Origin: Lama guanicoe
Taxonomy: Eukaryota
NCBI GenBank assembly: GCA_013239625.1
Contig: MU053487.1
Coordinates: forward strand, 1,881,058-1,945,057
Length of the DNA stretch: 64,000 bases
Direction: 5' to 3'
Shown: one piece after another, positions 1 through 13,900 of the stretch
Numbering within the stretch: the first letter of the stretch is position 1
Layout of the letters: each line of letters starts with the position of its first letter
Notes under the pieces: generated by a model
What the model was told of the DNA's origin: nothing
Databases searched by the model: none
What the model saw: only the letters and a program-made list of their open reading frames with translations
Program-made: the position numbers and the translations under genes

Positions 1-1692
1 TTTGGACATCCGATAATGTCAGCATTATTTGTCGTAAAGACTGCCCTTTATTAAACTGTCTTTGACTCTTTATCAAAAAAAAAAAGGATCTGATTACATT
101 TTGTGGGTACATTTCTTGGCTTTCCCTTTTGTTCGACTCATAAATTTAACCAATTTTTCCTTTCCCCAACAAACACTGTTTTGATAATTGCAGTTGATGG
201 TAAGTCTTGATATCGGGATAATTTGAGTCCACGAATTTTGCTTTTCTTTTCAGAATGGTTTTATCTATTCTAGAAGCTTTGCCCTACCATGTAACTTTTA
301 GATTGGCTTGTCATTACCTAAAATAGTTTGCTATGATTTTGATTGAGATTTTCTTCAATCTATAGATCAAACTAAAGAGAACTGGCATCTTAACAATACT
401 GGATATTCAACTCATGACCATGAAGTATCTCTTCATTATTTAGATCTTTGATTTCTTTTAACTTCTTTTAATCAATGTTTTAAACATGAAGATTCTGCAC
501 ATACTCTGATGTAGTTATATATAGTTCATTATTTTGGTGCTACTGTGATAATATTGTTTGTTTGTTTTATTTCCCTAGCAGTTTCAAGTTCCAAATGCAT
601 GCTGCTAGCATACAGAACATTTGGTTTTTATGTAGTGATCTGACATCCCATATCCATGTTCATCTCACTTATTATTATTAGTTCTAGGAGCATTTTCGCA
701 GATTCTTTGGGGCTCTCTATACAGACATTCAAGCTGTCTTTAGGTATAAAAGGTATCATTTCTTCCTTTCTACTTTGTATTTCTTTTTTTTCCCCTTTAT
801 TGTGCTGGTTAGGTTTTCCTGTTTGATATTAGATAGGAATGCTGTGAGAAGACATCCTGACCTTATTTCTCATCTTTGGGGAAAAGATCATACATGTGAT
901 CATCAGTAAGTATGAAGCAAGAGGTAGATTTTTTCCTATGTGCTCTTTTGTAGGTTAGGGATGTTTCCTTCTATTCCTATTTTGCTGAGACTTTTTTATC
1001 GTGAATGGATGTTGAATTTGGCAAAATGTTTCCTTTTTGTAACTACTGAAACAATCATGATTCTCTTATTCAGTCTGTTAATACTGTGAATATCAATGAC
1101 TGACTTTGTAAATGCTGAATCGGCCTTGCATTCCTGGGATAAACTCCATTTGGCTGTGATACTTTATCCTTTTATATATTGTTGGATTTGGTTTATTGAC
1201 ATTTTATCAAGGATGTTTGTGTTTATTTTCATGAGGGATATTGAGCTATAGTTTTCTTGTAATGGCTTTGCTTTTAGTTGAAGTTAATGCTGGACTCATA
1301 AAATGAGTTCAGAACTACTGTCTTAAAATTTTTTTTAATTTGCATTTTTTAAAGTTTATTTATTTAATTATTTTATTTTTTGGTTGGGGGAGGTAATTAG
1401 GTTTACTTAGTATTTATTTATTCTTAGAGGAGGTAATGGGGATTGAACCCAGGACTTCATGCATGCGAAGCATGAGCTCTACCACTTGAGCTATACCCTC
1501 CTCCTCATTTTTTTTTTAATTTATGGAAGAGATTTTGTAGTAATCTTATTATCTACCCCTTAAATATTTGGTAAAATTAACCAGTGAAAAAATTTGTAAC
1601 TGGTAAAATTTACCAGTGAGACACTCTAGATCTAGGGGTCTTTTTTCCTTACTTTTGAAAGATTTTGAATAAAAAATTAACATTTTAATAGA
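1..1692 (-). mobile_element. Old, degraded LINE-1 ORF2 fragment (antisense), interrupted by a SINE
   Basis: T-rich sequence with typical antisense L1 ORF2 phrases (ctatagatcaa, gaatggatgttgaatttg, ccttgcattcctgggataaac); no intact ORF. Confidence 0.8.
1345..1504 (-). mobile_element. tRNA-Ala-like SINE, Vic-1-like (camelid)
   Basis: Reverse complement reads GGAGGAGGGTATAGCTCAAGTGGTAGAGCTCATGCTTCGCATGCATGAAGTCCTGGGTTCAATCCCC (A and B boxes), followed by an AT-rich tail. Confidence 0.85.
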
Positions 1693-1695
1693 TAG

Positions 1696-4600
1696 GGTGG
1701 GGGTGGATCAAGATGGTGGAGTAGGAAGACCCTGAGCTCACCACCTCCCACAGGCACACCAAAATCCTAACGCCTTACAGAGCAACTGTCTATGAGAATG
1801 ACCTCAAGATCAGAATAAAAGATTTTTAACAGCTAAAGATACAAAGAGCGAGCCACAACGGGACAAGAAGGAGAAGCAGAGATGCAGTCCAGTCAGGACC
1901 CATCCGCCTGCAGGGGCACCCACAAGTAGGAGGGATATTACAACCACAGAGTTCCTCCTTGGAGGGCAGGGCATCTGAGCCCCACATCAGGCTTCGCAGC
2001 CCAGGGGAACTGCTCTAGGAAGATGAGCCCCAAACCTCTGACCTAGAAAACAAGTAAGGCTTATGTTCCAGAGGGCTGTAGGAAACTGAGACTCCACTCT
2101 TAAAAGGAACATGTGAAATCCCACACAATTTGAGTCCTAGCTCAGAGGCAGCAGTTTGAAAGGCACCTAAGTCAAATCCACTTGCTGATCGTGAAGAACC
2201 TCATAGAGAGGCAAGAGGCAGCTGGGACCCTCTTCCTGGGGGACCGAGACACCGGTGGTAGCCATTTTTGTGATCTCGTTCTACTGAGCTGACTTCAGCA
2301 CTGGCGGGCACCACTTTGGAATCCTCCCTCTAGCCTATTAGTGCCGGGAGCCTGCTCCACCCACCACTGAGTCTGCAGCAGTTGTGTGTCATCAGGCCAC
2401 AGACCCAGCCACGCCAGGCACACAGCCTACCACACCTGCAGCAATCACATGATGCTGGGCCTCACAGCCAGCCAAGCCAAGGGCCAGCTCCAATTACCAG
2501 TGCATCCACAGTAGTTAGCCCCACCACGACAGAAGGGTGCACACAGCCCATACAGGGGACACTTGTGGAGCAACTAGCTCTGGTGGCTAAAGGGAAACGT
2601 GGCTGAAACCTACAGACATCTCTGACATAAGTCCACTTCTCCAACATCAAAAGGCATAACGGAGCTATGTAATACATAGAAACAAACAAAGAGAACTAAG
2701 AAATAATGAGGAGGCAGAGGAACATGTTCAAAATCATATGATCATCACATATAAAGCTTTTGGCAAAATTCAACATTCATTTATGATGAAAACTCTTAAT
2801 AAAGTAGGTACAAAGAAAACATACCTCAACCTAATAAAAGCTATATATTACAAACCCACAGCTGACATCATACTCAACAATGAAAAGCTGAGAACTTTCC
2901 CTCTAATATCTGTAACAAAACAAGGATGCTCACTTGCAGCACTTTTATTCAACAGCAATCAGACAAGAAAAAATTTGTTTTAATCCATATTGAAAAGAAG
3001 TAAAACTGTCACTGTCCACAGATAACATGATGCTACATATAGAAAACCCTAAACATTACATCAAAGAACTCTTAGAACTGAGAAAATGAATTCATTAAAG
3101 TTGCAAGATATAAAATTAATCTACAAAAATCCGTTGTATTTCTGTAGACCACATAAAATACTACAAAAAGAAATTAAGAAAAAAATCCTGCTTATAACTG
3201 CATCAAGAAGAATGAAATGCCAAAGAATAAATTTAACCAAGAGATACAAGACCTGTACTCTGAAAACTATAAGACACCAACAAAAGAAAATGAAGATGTC
3301 ACAAATAAATGGAAAAATATACCATGCTCATGGATTGGAAGAATTAATATTGTTAAAATGCCCACACTACCCAAGGCAATCTACAGACTGAATGCAACCT
3401 CTATAATAATACCAATGGCATTTTTCACAGAACTAGAAAAAATAATCTTAAAATTTGTATGGAATCACAAAAGACCTCGAATAGCCAAAACAACCTTAAA
3501 GAAGAACAAAGCTGGTGTTATCACGCTCCCTGATTTCTAACTATATTACAAAGCTACAGTAATCAGAATAGCGGCATAAAAACAGGCACAGACCAATGAA
3601 TAGCACAGAAAGCTCAGAAATAAACCCAAAATTACATGGTCAATTAATACGACAAAGAAAGTAAGAATATACCATGGTGAAAAGACAGCTTCTTCAATAA
3701 ATGGTATTCGGGAAACTGGACAGCTACACGCAAAAGAATGAAACTGGACCACATTCTTACATCATATACAAAAATAAACTCAAATGGGTTAAAGATTTAA
3801 ATTTAAATGTTCATACTACCGAAAGCAATCTACAGATTCAATGCAATCTTTATCAAAATTCCAATGGCCTATTTAACAGAACCAGAAAAAAAATTCCAAA
3901 ATTTGTATGGAACCGTAAAAGATCCCAAATATTCAAAAGAATCTTAAGAACAAAGCTTCAGGAGTATCACACACCCTGACTTCAAGCTATAGCAAAACTA
4001 TAGTAATCAAAACAATATGGTACTGGCACAAAAACAGACACCGAGATAAATGGAACATAACTGAGAACCCAGAAATAAGCCCACGCACACATGGACAATT
4101 AATTTATGACAAAGCAGAGAACATACAATGGAGACAGGATAGTCTCAATAAACAGTGTTGGGAAAAGTGAATAGTCACATTTAAAAGAATAACCCTAGAC
4201 CACTTTCTTACAATGTACACAAAAAGTAACTCAAAATGGATTGAAGGATTGAATATAAGACCTGAAAACCATAAAATTCCTAGAAGAAAATATAAGTGCT
4301 AATTTCAGTGACATTGCTCTTAGCAACGTCTTGGTGGATCTGACTCTAAACACAAGGGACACAAAAGTAAAAACAAACAAATGGGTCTACATCAAACTGA
4401 AAAGTTTATGTACAGTGAAGAAAATCATCAACAAAAGGAAAGGCAACATATTGAAAGGGAGAATATATTTGCAAATAATATACCCAATTAAGGGGTTAAT
4501 ATCCAAAGTATATAAAGAACTCACATTACTCAACAGCAAACAAACAATTCAATTATAAAATGTCTGAATAGACTTTTTCAAAAAAGACATACAGATGGTC

Positions 4601-5058
4601 AACAGGTACATGAAAAGATGCCAAACATCACTAACCATCAGGGAAATGCAAATCAGAACCATAATAAAATAGCCTCATTGTGACAAGTGATCCTCACACC
4701 TGTCACAATGGCTATCATCAAAATGATAACAAGTAACAAGTTGTGGCGAGAATGTGGAAAAAGGGGAACCCTTGTACACTGTGCATGGGAATGTAAATTG
4801 GTGCAGTCACTGTGGAAAACAGCATGGCACTTCCTCAAAAAGTTAAAAACAGAACTACCATATGACCCATATCAGAAATAAATACTTGCATTTACCCAAA
4901 GAAAACAAAAACACCAATCCAAAAAGATATATGCACCCCGATGTTCACTGCACCATTATTTGCAGTAGCCAAGATATGGAAGCAACCTAAGTGTCCAAGG
5001 ATAAATGGATAAAGAAGATACGGTGTATACACACACACACATGTAATGAAATACTATA
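1696..5058 (+). mobile_element. LINE-1 composite: ~1-kb 5' UTR, ORF1 start, internal deletion, ORF2 RT to C-terminal region; 3' UTR absent
   Basis: 5' end GGATCAAGATGGTGGAGTAG; ORF1-like ATG at 2706 (MRRQRNMF). ORF2 peptides [32 protein letters not shown] and CECKLVQSLWKTAW-like. RT motif FADD is decayed to STDN at ~3015-3026; many frameshifts. Confidence 0.92.
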
Positions 5059-6184
5059 TATTGCTCTCTCAGCATTGAAGCCTCCCTACTTTCAAGCACC
5101 TCCAAAAAATCTATTATTACTCTAAGACCACCATTTCATAACCTATAATTCTGAAATCTTATTCACACACACCAATGAAACCTGGATTGTGGGTTATTCA
5201 CAGAGTAAGCTGGAATATATAGGAATGTTCCTTGGTATATGTGTTGGGAGCTGACTGAACTGACACAAATTCTAGAAGGAAGAAGACTGACACGTAAACT
5301 TATTAAGGTGAGTTCAAGAAGTTGTTACTTAGCTTATGAAACTCTGAGACTGTCAGCAGCCCTGCTCTTCATTTAACTTCTTGCACTTCTTTCCTACCTT
5401 GTAGATTGCATCTCTCCTGGGCGTACATTATGTCAGCAGAACATTCTGACATAAATCTTCCTTCACTTAAGTTCACAGGCAGCGTTCAGGAAAACTACCA
5501 TTAGGAATTGGAACAGTGGAAGTTGAAGCGGGTGGGGTGCAGAGGGGTGGGGACGACAATTACGAACTGAAGTGGAGGCATTGTTCTGATGCTGTGAAAG
5601 GTGCTTTTAAGTATATTAGTGATATTCCTGTGAAAGCCACCTTATCAATTCATTCAAAATAAAACAGCCATTATGTGGAAATTGTGACACAGAAGGAAAG
5701 AACATAATGATCCTTTTGTTACAAACATCTAGGCAAGTAAGTCAAGATTCAATCAGGGTTCCCTGAAAGAAATGTTAAGTGTTAGAATTAATGGGTCTTT
5801 GGAAAATATTTCTGAATATTACAAAGCTATCTACATGATCTGAAAATAACTATTCTTTCTTCCTGTATAGTTCTTTTCCTCTTCCTTATACTAATAAATC
5901 TCCATAGAAGTTTAATATCTATTTCAATTAACCTTACTTCTTCTTGACTTTGAGCCCCCAATTATTAAATAGGACAGAAATAAATGGTCACTGAAACTAA
6001 CAAAATATGTGATTATTTTCTATGCTTTAAGTTGGGTAGTAACTAAAGATGCTCTCTCCAAATATTTTTGCATAAATTCTTATGCAGGTACAGAGTAATA
6101 TCCAACTATTTTCAAATTTCTGAATTTTGATCCTGTCTTGGCTGTATTAATAGTGTGTTGGAAAGAGTAAAAATAATGCGGATT

Positions 6185-6325
6185 CGAGAATCAGACCTGG
6201 GTTTGAATTCCAAGTTGAATCTATTTTGGTTGTGATACTGGGCAAGCTCTTTAGCCTCTCTGGATAATGGAGAAAATAACATCTTAAATATTGGAGTGAA
6301 TATTCAATGAGATAAGATATTTCCC
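6185..6325 (+). mobile_element. MIR SINE fragment
   Basis: gaatcagacctgggtttgaattcca...gggcaag...aatgagataa core. Confidence 0.6.
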
Positions 6326-6824
6326 AAATGGATATATTATACCCAATGAACAATAGGTTTTCAGAAAAGTAACTGTTTACCACCTGCCTCGTACTTGTCC
6401 TACTTTCCTTCCTCTTCAATCTCTGTCCACTCCACTCCTTTAGAGAAGTATAGATCTGTCTAAGAAGTCCATCAAGACTTGAATGAATGGAGAAAGACTG
6501 GTGTGACCTCTGACCTGATGGAGGTTTAAAGGGTACTGCCATATTTGAGAACAACTGATCAACAGCTCCTTTTCATAGTGACAGAAACTCCTGTCACAGG
6601 CTCAGGTTTCACTAGGACGCAGCAGAGCTGACGACCTCTAAGTCGGATGTCGCTGTTAGAACAAACACTGAGAGGAGAATGAATTCCTCATGTTGTCTTC
6701 TTTCTAAGCTCACATAGAAACTGCCTGGATTTCCCACTGTTTATCCCAGCGCCTCATCGCCAGCTCCTAAACGTGGCTGGCTTTCTCTATTATGCATATG
6801 GCAGTAGGAGGAAAGAACTGATTA

Positions 6825-6990
6825 GTGAAAACAGACTCACTGTAGGCATTGTGTAAAGCATCTTACATGCATTCTCTTCTTGATTTCATAAACTAACTCC
6901 ATGACGTTGGTACTATTATTATTCCTCATATTTCAGGTGAGAAAACTGGGACACCTGGTGACTATTTTTAAAAATCACATGAAGAGTAAA
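6825..6990 (-). mobile_element. MIR SINE fragment
   Basis: tattattattcctcatatttcaggtgagaaaactgggac (antisense MIR core). Confidence 0.6.
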
Positions 6991-7231
6991 CAGCACATTC
7001 AAGCACTGGACTTCATCATTTCAATGCAGAAAATTATTTTACCCTACTCCATGTTATAGTTTTCAGGGGTTCACTATAAAACCCTTGGCCCTGAGCTAAG
7101 AACCTCAAAGGGGTATCTTAGGACCAAAAACAATGCCTCACCTTCTCCTCTAGCTGGGCTATTATGATACAGCGTTAAGATGGGGAAAAAAACAGGTAGT
7201 CATTAACTTTCCTTCTAATAATCCTTACGAT

Positions 7232-7580
7232 TTTTTTTAATTGAAGTATGGTTGATTTACAATATTGTGTTAGTTTCAGGGGTACAGCAAAGTGATTCAG
7301 TTATAGATATGTATACATTTTTTCAGATTCTGTTCTATTATAGGTTATTATAAGATATTGAATATAGTTCCCTGTGCTATACACTGTGCCCTTGTTGTTT
7401 ATCTGTTTTATATATAGTGGTGTGTATCTGTTAATCCTCTAATTTATCCCTCCCCCCTTTCCTGGTGGTAACCATTAAGTTTGGTTTCTATGTCTGTGAG
7501 TCTGTTTCTGTTTTCTCTATATATTCATTTGCATTATTTTTTAGACTCCATATGTAAATGACATCATATATTTGTCTTTC
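7232..7580 (-). mobile_element. 5'-truncated LINE-1 3' UTR (cetartiodactyl type) with TSD
   Basis: Poly(T) followed by aattgaagtatggttgatttacaatattgtg...ggtaaccat...; flanked by TCCTTA(C/T)GAT at 7222-7231 and 7581-7590. Confidence 0.85.
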
Positions 7581-7591
7581 TCCTTATGATC

Positions 7592-7634
7592 CTTTTGTTT
7601 TTTGCTGAAGTGTAGTCAGTTTACAATGTTGTGT
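7592..7634 (-). mobile_element. Very short (~43 bp) LINE-1 extreme 3'-end insertion
   Basis: Reverse complement acacaacattgtaaactgactacacttcagcaaaaaa matches the L1 ends at ~43320 and ~45140; TSD CTCCTTA(T/C)GATC at 7580-7591 and 7635-7646. Confidence 0.75.
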
Positions 7635-10629
7635 CTCCTTACGATCTTGAAGATGAACAGTCTAATGACTCAATTCTGTCCTCTGCCTTCTTCTTCCTAT
7701 TATTGAAAGGACTCTAAATATCAGAATCCTGGGTCTAGCTGTGCTTATAACTTCTACAAGCAGGGGAAGCCACTGTCTCAGGACCCTGGTTTCCTAAGCT
7801 GAAAATGAGGTTGTACAATATGGTCACACAGATGTTTTTCAGTTCTAAACAGATTTTGACTCTATAGCTCCAAATAGAAGTCATTTCTCTTTTTCATTGG
7901 CCTCATTTTGAAAACTTTTACTTATGTTTAAGACCTCTCTTGGAAATTTTCAACAAATTATATATATACATACGTATACACACATTTATTTATATATAAT
8001 TACATGTATAATTTGATATGTGCCCAGAAACAAATACCAGTGTCAGGCATGCTATAAATAAACATGTGGGAGAAATGTAATCAGTTTTACTGACTCAGTC
8101 AAAACCTGGCTACCCAGAGAGGTAGACAGACTATGATAGCTGAAAGTCTACAAAGGATGGTGACAATGGTGTATGACAGCACTTAAGGCATAAAAAGGGA
8201 AAAGGTGTGTTCAAGGGGTTAAAATTCTATTTAATTTCCATCCTTATATTCAAATCCTTTGCAGGCTACTGAATAAATCCTTCTGAGTCCAGTAATTTAT
8301 GCCATTAAAAAAAAACGGGGTAGGGTGGAAGAAGATTTAAAATTAAGATACAGTTAAATCTTAAGTGAGCGCATTTATTGGTGAGTTATCACATTCTTGG
8401 CTCTGCCCACCTGCACAGCTGTTTGATTTGAAACTCACAGGATGATGCACACAGGAAGTCACTCAGCAGCCCCAGTATAAGAACAAGATGGCTGAGACTC
8501 TTCAAGGCTGAAGACTTTGCTATTTATTCTATTACTAGTAAGTCGCATACTTAGAAATTTGAAACTGTTTCTGTCCGGATCTAGAGACCAAGCTCTATCT
8601 TTAGCAAAGCAATGATGATGATGTTGATATCAGAGAAAACAAGGTTATCCCGGGTTTCTTTCTAAAAGTAGCACTGTATTAACCCTGTGACCTAAAACTT
8701 CCTACTTCTTGATCTGCAGGATCATATCTAACTTAATAATATGTGACAACTACAAGGGAAAAATGAATACCACTTTGAAAGTGGCTCTTACAATTTACCA
8801 AGGGTGGACTTAATGTAGAGAAAACTTTAAAGAGCTTATCTGTTGGTTAAAGCTGGCAATTCTCTTGAGTAGTGTCAGAAAGCCATACAAAGCTGGCCCG
8901 ATAAGTCTGATGCCCTGGGAGTTGCAAAAGCAGGCTTTTTCTTTCTTTCTTTTTTTTTAATTGTTTTTGCTGTTTGTTGCTTTGTTTTGTTTAGGCACTA
9001 AGACTTCTGGGTCTTCCCTTCCAAAGTTCCTAGGCTAGGCTTCTAAGCAAAGAGAAAGGAATGATCGTTTTACTTTGGGAGCTACAGAAATAAAGCACAA
9101 TCAACATGGAGGGAATGCAGACAGGAATTTCCTAAAAAGGCTTTTATCTCCCAGTCATCACTTTAAGATAAAATGGATAAACGCTGATTACCTGGAATTT
9201 CAGGCCATGGAAATAGGTTTTAGTGAGCATAAAGAAAGTTTAACAACAATTATTGATTTCTTCCTGTGTGCCAGGCATCGTACAGACGTTATCTCTATGT
9301 AATCAATCCCCCTCTCTTTGAGGTATCCTCATTTCACAAGCGAGGAAAATTGTAACCCTGAGTGGTGGACTCACTTTCTCAAGGTAAAGTAAAATGTGTA
9401 TTTTGACTTGTCTGACTTGGTGATCCTCAAGAACTTTAAAGATAAAGTTTACAATAACCCCTTGTGTTTTTCTTCCTCTTCCCTCCCATTGACAAAACTC
9501 TGGCTAACTTATCATCACTGTTTCTTTAAAGATTTTTTTTTAAGCTGATAATGTTGATAGGAAAGTAGCAGACAGTTTCAAAGAAGACCTGTTTGGTTTT
9601 CACTCTAGCAAATCCCCACCTGTGCTCCTACCCAGGGCCTCTCCCACCTCTGCCTCCTTTACTTTGTGTTGCCTCATAACAGAGCTCATCAGAGTGCAGA
9701 ATCTGCCTATCAATGGAGCAGAAGTCAGGTTGGTGGGGCGCTGAGTGTCTTGCAACACCATAACCACAGTAATTAGCCAGATGGCTGTCATGTAACTTTC
9801 AGAACCATCCACCACTCCTGATCACTTTCTCATAGAAAGCGTTCTTTGACAGGTATATCCATCTTTCAAACTGACAAATTGCAGTATCAGGTGACTTAAA
9901 ATGACCAGATCTGAAAACAAGTGCTAAAAGAGGAAGCACAAAAATGGAGACGATGATGCCGATAACTCCACCTTTGAGACAATACCTCCCTCATCGTTTC
10001 TTTAGTGCCACTTATATCGGGGGTGAGAAACGCTTCCCTGACAAAATGACATGCTTGCTTCCCAGTTATTGAGAAGGGCAGGAAATTGGTGGCACTGCTG
10101 CTACCCTGTCCATAGTGGACATTCTCAGTTGCAGCAAACATTTTAGAATCTGTCATAATTTAAAAATACCAACCAGAAGGCATGGCCATTTCCTTATAGC
10201 TATGAATAATTCATTGACTATTTCAGCTAGTGAAGTCACTAAAAGTAGCAGGAAAATTGAAGGCCCTGACTTTAAAACAAAACCCTTACTATTGCTGCAT
10301 ACTATTATTTTTCTTTTTAATGTGACACCAGACAAGCTAATTTCCTAAGATTTTGCTTGTTTTATTTTAACTTACTGACTTCACAGCAAAATTCCAAGTA
10401 TTTCCTGAAATATCAAACAAAGCTGAAGTCATTCTTCTAATATTTCTCTAGCTCTTAAAATCTGAGTACAAATGACATCTTGCTTTCCTCTCACACTCTT
10501 AGCCGGATGCCTTAACATGACTGACACTTGAATACTGAACCAGAGAATGAGACACTGAAAATCAGACTGGAAAATCTTAGGAAGTTACTGGAATCTTGGG
10601 TAACAGCTATGTTTTTCTTTTTTCATGTT

Positions 10630-10980
10630 AAAAAAGATTTTATTGAGATATAATTGATATTTAACATTATGTAAGTTTAAAGTGTATACAACGTGTTGGT
10701 TCAACACATTTATATACTGTAATATGATTACCATCAGAGTAGTAGCTAACATCACATAATTATCATTTCTTTCTTATGGTGAGCCCAATTAAGATCTAGT
10801 CTCTTAGCAACTTTGAAGTTTATAATACAGTATTTTTTTAACTATAATCACTGTGCTGTGTATCAGCTTTCCAAAATTTATTTATCTACGAGACACAGTT
10901 TGTAAACCACATTTCCCCGATTCCCTCACCCCTCAGACACTGATAATCACCATCCCACTCTCTGTTTTATGAGTTGCCTT
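10630..10980 (-). mobile_element. LINE-1 3' end (L1MA-like)
   Basis: tttattgagatataattga...taagtttaaagtgtatacaacgtg...ctcttagcaactttgaagtttataatacag. Confidence 0.75.
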
Positions 10981-13900
10981 TCTTTCATTTTGAAGATGGA
11001 TACTGTATTTTGTCAGAGAAAAAATCCTGAATTTGGTAATGATAGACTGAGTTTATAACTACCAGCTATATATCCACAGGAAAGTCAATCTGCCTCCCTA
11101 ATCTTCTATTTTCTCCTCTGTAAAGTAGGGGTATTAACACCTGCATATAAGAGAGTTATACAGATAACTGAGAACAGATAAGTGAAAACCTTCTTAAACG
11201 ATAAAACAGCCCAGCAAATTAAGGAATACTATCATTGATTCAAATGGAGAAAGGAAGCGAAATCACCATAAAGGAAATTTGGACATTAAGTCCTCCCTCT
11301 CATTTTGAGTTGGAGATATTTTTTCGTATCATTTCATTAACACAATACATAAATGACTAACTGTAAAAGATTCAGGAGTACATAGAGGAAAATGAGAACA
11401 CGTTTTTCTAATGAACTTCTTTAGGCATTCCTCCCTGAATGTAACCACCCTTAAAAGTTTGAAATATATTTTGTTCTTTCTTCTCTACGCACTCAAACTG
11501 CACCCTTGTTACATGTGAATCAGATGTGGAAAAAGGACGTAATTTCACCCCTGTGTGACCCGCACTGTCATTTTCCCCCACTTTGAATGTGTGCATCTTT
11601 TAGATGTGAAGAAACAGAAATGTCCTTCTGGGGGAAGGTGATGACAAATAATGAATCATTAACACTTCCCCAAAAAGCTTGGTGTTTGAAGTATTAAAAG
11701 AGTTTTTTCCCAGTGAAAAGACAATTATTCCATTATCCATGATTCATCAATTTTACTCTGTTACTAATACGAAAGTTAGAGAATCAAACTGACAGGACAA
11801 TAGTGCCAAATCACTGATGTGGATCTTAAAAATGCTGCATAGTTTGACTGCTCTGCTGTTTTCAGTGGAATATAAAGCCAAAATGAGACTTGAAATCTGT
11901 TGAATATAGAAGTTTTCGTTAAATTTTTCTGAGATGTTTTAAATTTTACATTTCTGATGTAGCTTACAACTCTTGAGGTACTTTGACCAAAAATACCCAT
12001 GGTTTATTTGGGATTTCATAAAATTTTATGTCAAATTTTAATTGAATATTTCCACTTATACATGCTAAGAATCATTTCTATTAATTGTTAATAAAAATGA
12101 TACTTTAATATACTTCATATAGTCACAATAGCTACACACCAAAAACTAATTTCCATTTTATAATTATTTTAAGAATGAGAAATTGACATCAATGATCTTT
12201 AAAATTTGTGCTTTTACCCCTGAAAATATTTTTGAAAAACTATATACCTCTTGACATATTTAAAGCTGACATATAAAACTTGATTTTAAATCTAGTTATA
12301 AAATACGTAATTTCTAGCATATCATAAATGTTGACATTTTAAAATAAAATTCTTTCATTGTTTCTAATAGAATCTAAACCCTTGAGCTATTTGATACCCA
12401 CATTTATTTATTTAGACAAATACCCAAACCCTTATTAGTCAACTATTTTATATCATTCCTTATTTTTTTGAACTTATTTTCATATTCTATGTAACTCTGG
12501 AAAGACAAGGCACAGGGAGGCCAAGTGAGTTGTACAAGGTCACACAGCTTGTATATGGCAGCTCTGGGTATGAACCAAGACTGCTTTCCTCAAAGTCTGT
12601 TGTTTACATTTATTGTCAACCATTTGTTATTTACATTTTAAATTTAAATAAAACCCAAAATATGCATGTTATTATTAACGTGTTAACAACCTGTGCTTAT
12701 GTTGTCGCTCCTTTCACCTGCGAACACTAGGTTTTAATACAGCCATCAGAAGAGCATGGAACAGGAGGACTCAGTCAGTACCATGCCCAGGATGTGCTTT
12801 TAGGAAGGAAAGAGAATGTGAGATTTTCTTGGGTTAATCACTTTCTAATATTTCTGACTGAGAATGGCGAGAATCCACTTTCAGTAACCCAAATGAGAGA
12901 GAAGATGGTTTTGGGGGGATGTCATCACTGCCAATCATCTTCCTGTTTAAAAACAAGGAGATGGATTGCCCTGAGTAGGAGGACCAAAATGAAGGTCATA
13001 TTCACGAGCTTGAACATGGATGGACCCTTTTGGCTTGGGTCTGTTTTTCCTAAGGTAGTGTGGAGTCTCAAGTTTTACTCCTACTCTTCATAAACTTCAA
13101 GGATTATGAGCTAACCAACAAAGAGCTGGAAAACCCATAGGATAGCATCTGATCATTACTTAACATTATCCTGAGTAGAAAATCAACAAGTTTTGTTGAA
13201 AATATTTTCTGAATGATTTCTGCCTCTTGAATTTCTGAACTCATTACTCTCTGCATTATGAAACCAATTTATATATCGGGAACCTGGCAAGAAGGAAAAA
13301 TATGTTCCCTGAAGTCTAGCTAAAAATTGTCCATTAACTAATAATGTCCATTAAGAATAATCAATGCCCACTAATTACCGAAAGTAAAGCTTGAAGAACA
13401 CAGGCTCCTGAAGTCTGACACAGGACCAGCAACCTCTGGTGCACATGCCGCCCTGTTCACAGACAAGACACAATCCTATTTCTGATGATGCCTCTTTTTC
13501 TTGGCTATTCTGCCTCTGCCTCCTTTCCTACAGTCCTTCCTTCTTCCTGCACCACCCTCTCCTTCCCTCTTATTTTGTGACCTCTTCTCTTTATGGTCCC
13601 CATATCTCATTATTTCCCTTCATTTTCCTTTTTCTTTTCTCCATCAAGAAACCTGCTAGCAGTGTCCACTGTCCATGAGTCCTAAGTCTGGTTAAGGGCT
13701 ATTAAGTCTTGCTGCACCTTGAGAGTAATCAAGATTCAACAGAATGCTGAGCCTTCCTCTGGAAGAAATGATAACCCAATGACAGTATCTGTCAATTTTC
13801 TCTTTGTCGCCCACCAAACCCATCCCCTGGCGTGGAGGGTTCAGGGCATCTGGGAAGAGGCATCAATTCTTCTTTACTGTGTATCAAACACTTTGTGCCC

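Noticed and set aside
1569..1619. 19-bp direct repeat and 9-bp palindrome ACTGGTAAA-A-TTTACCAGT
   Set aside because: A small local duplication inside a decayed L1, with no sign of function.
2738..4881. L1 ORF2-like ORFs as functional CDS
   Set aside because: Fragmented by frameshifts and stops, with the catalytic RT motif mutated; the element is a fossil.
6380..6720. CpG-containing patch that could be a terminal coding exon on either strand
   Set aside because: Several alternative short frames, none recognisable, and no supported upstream coding exon.
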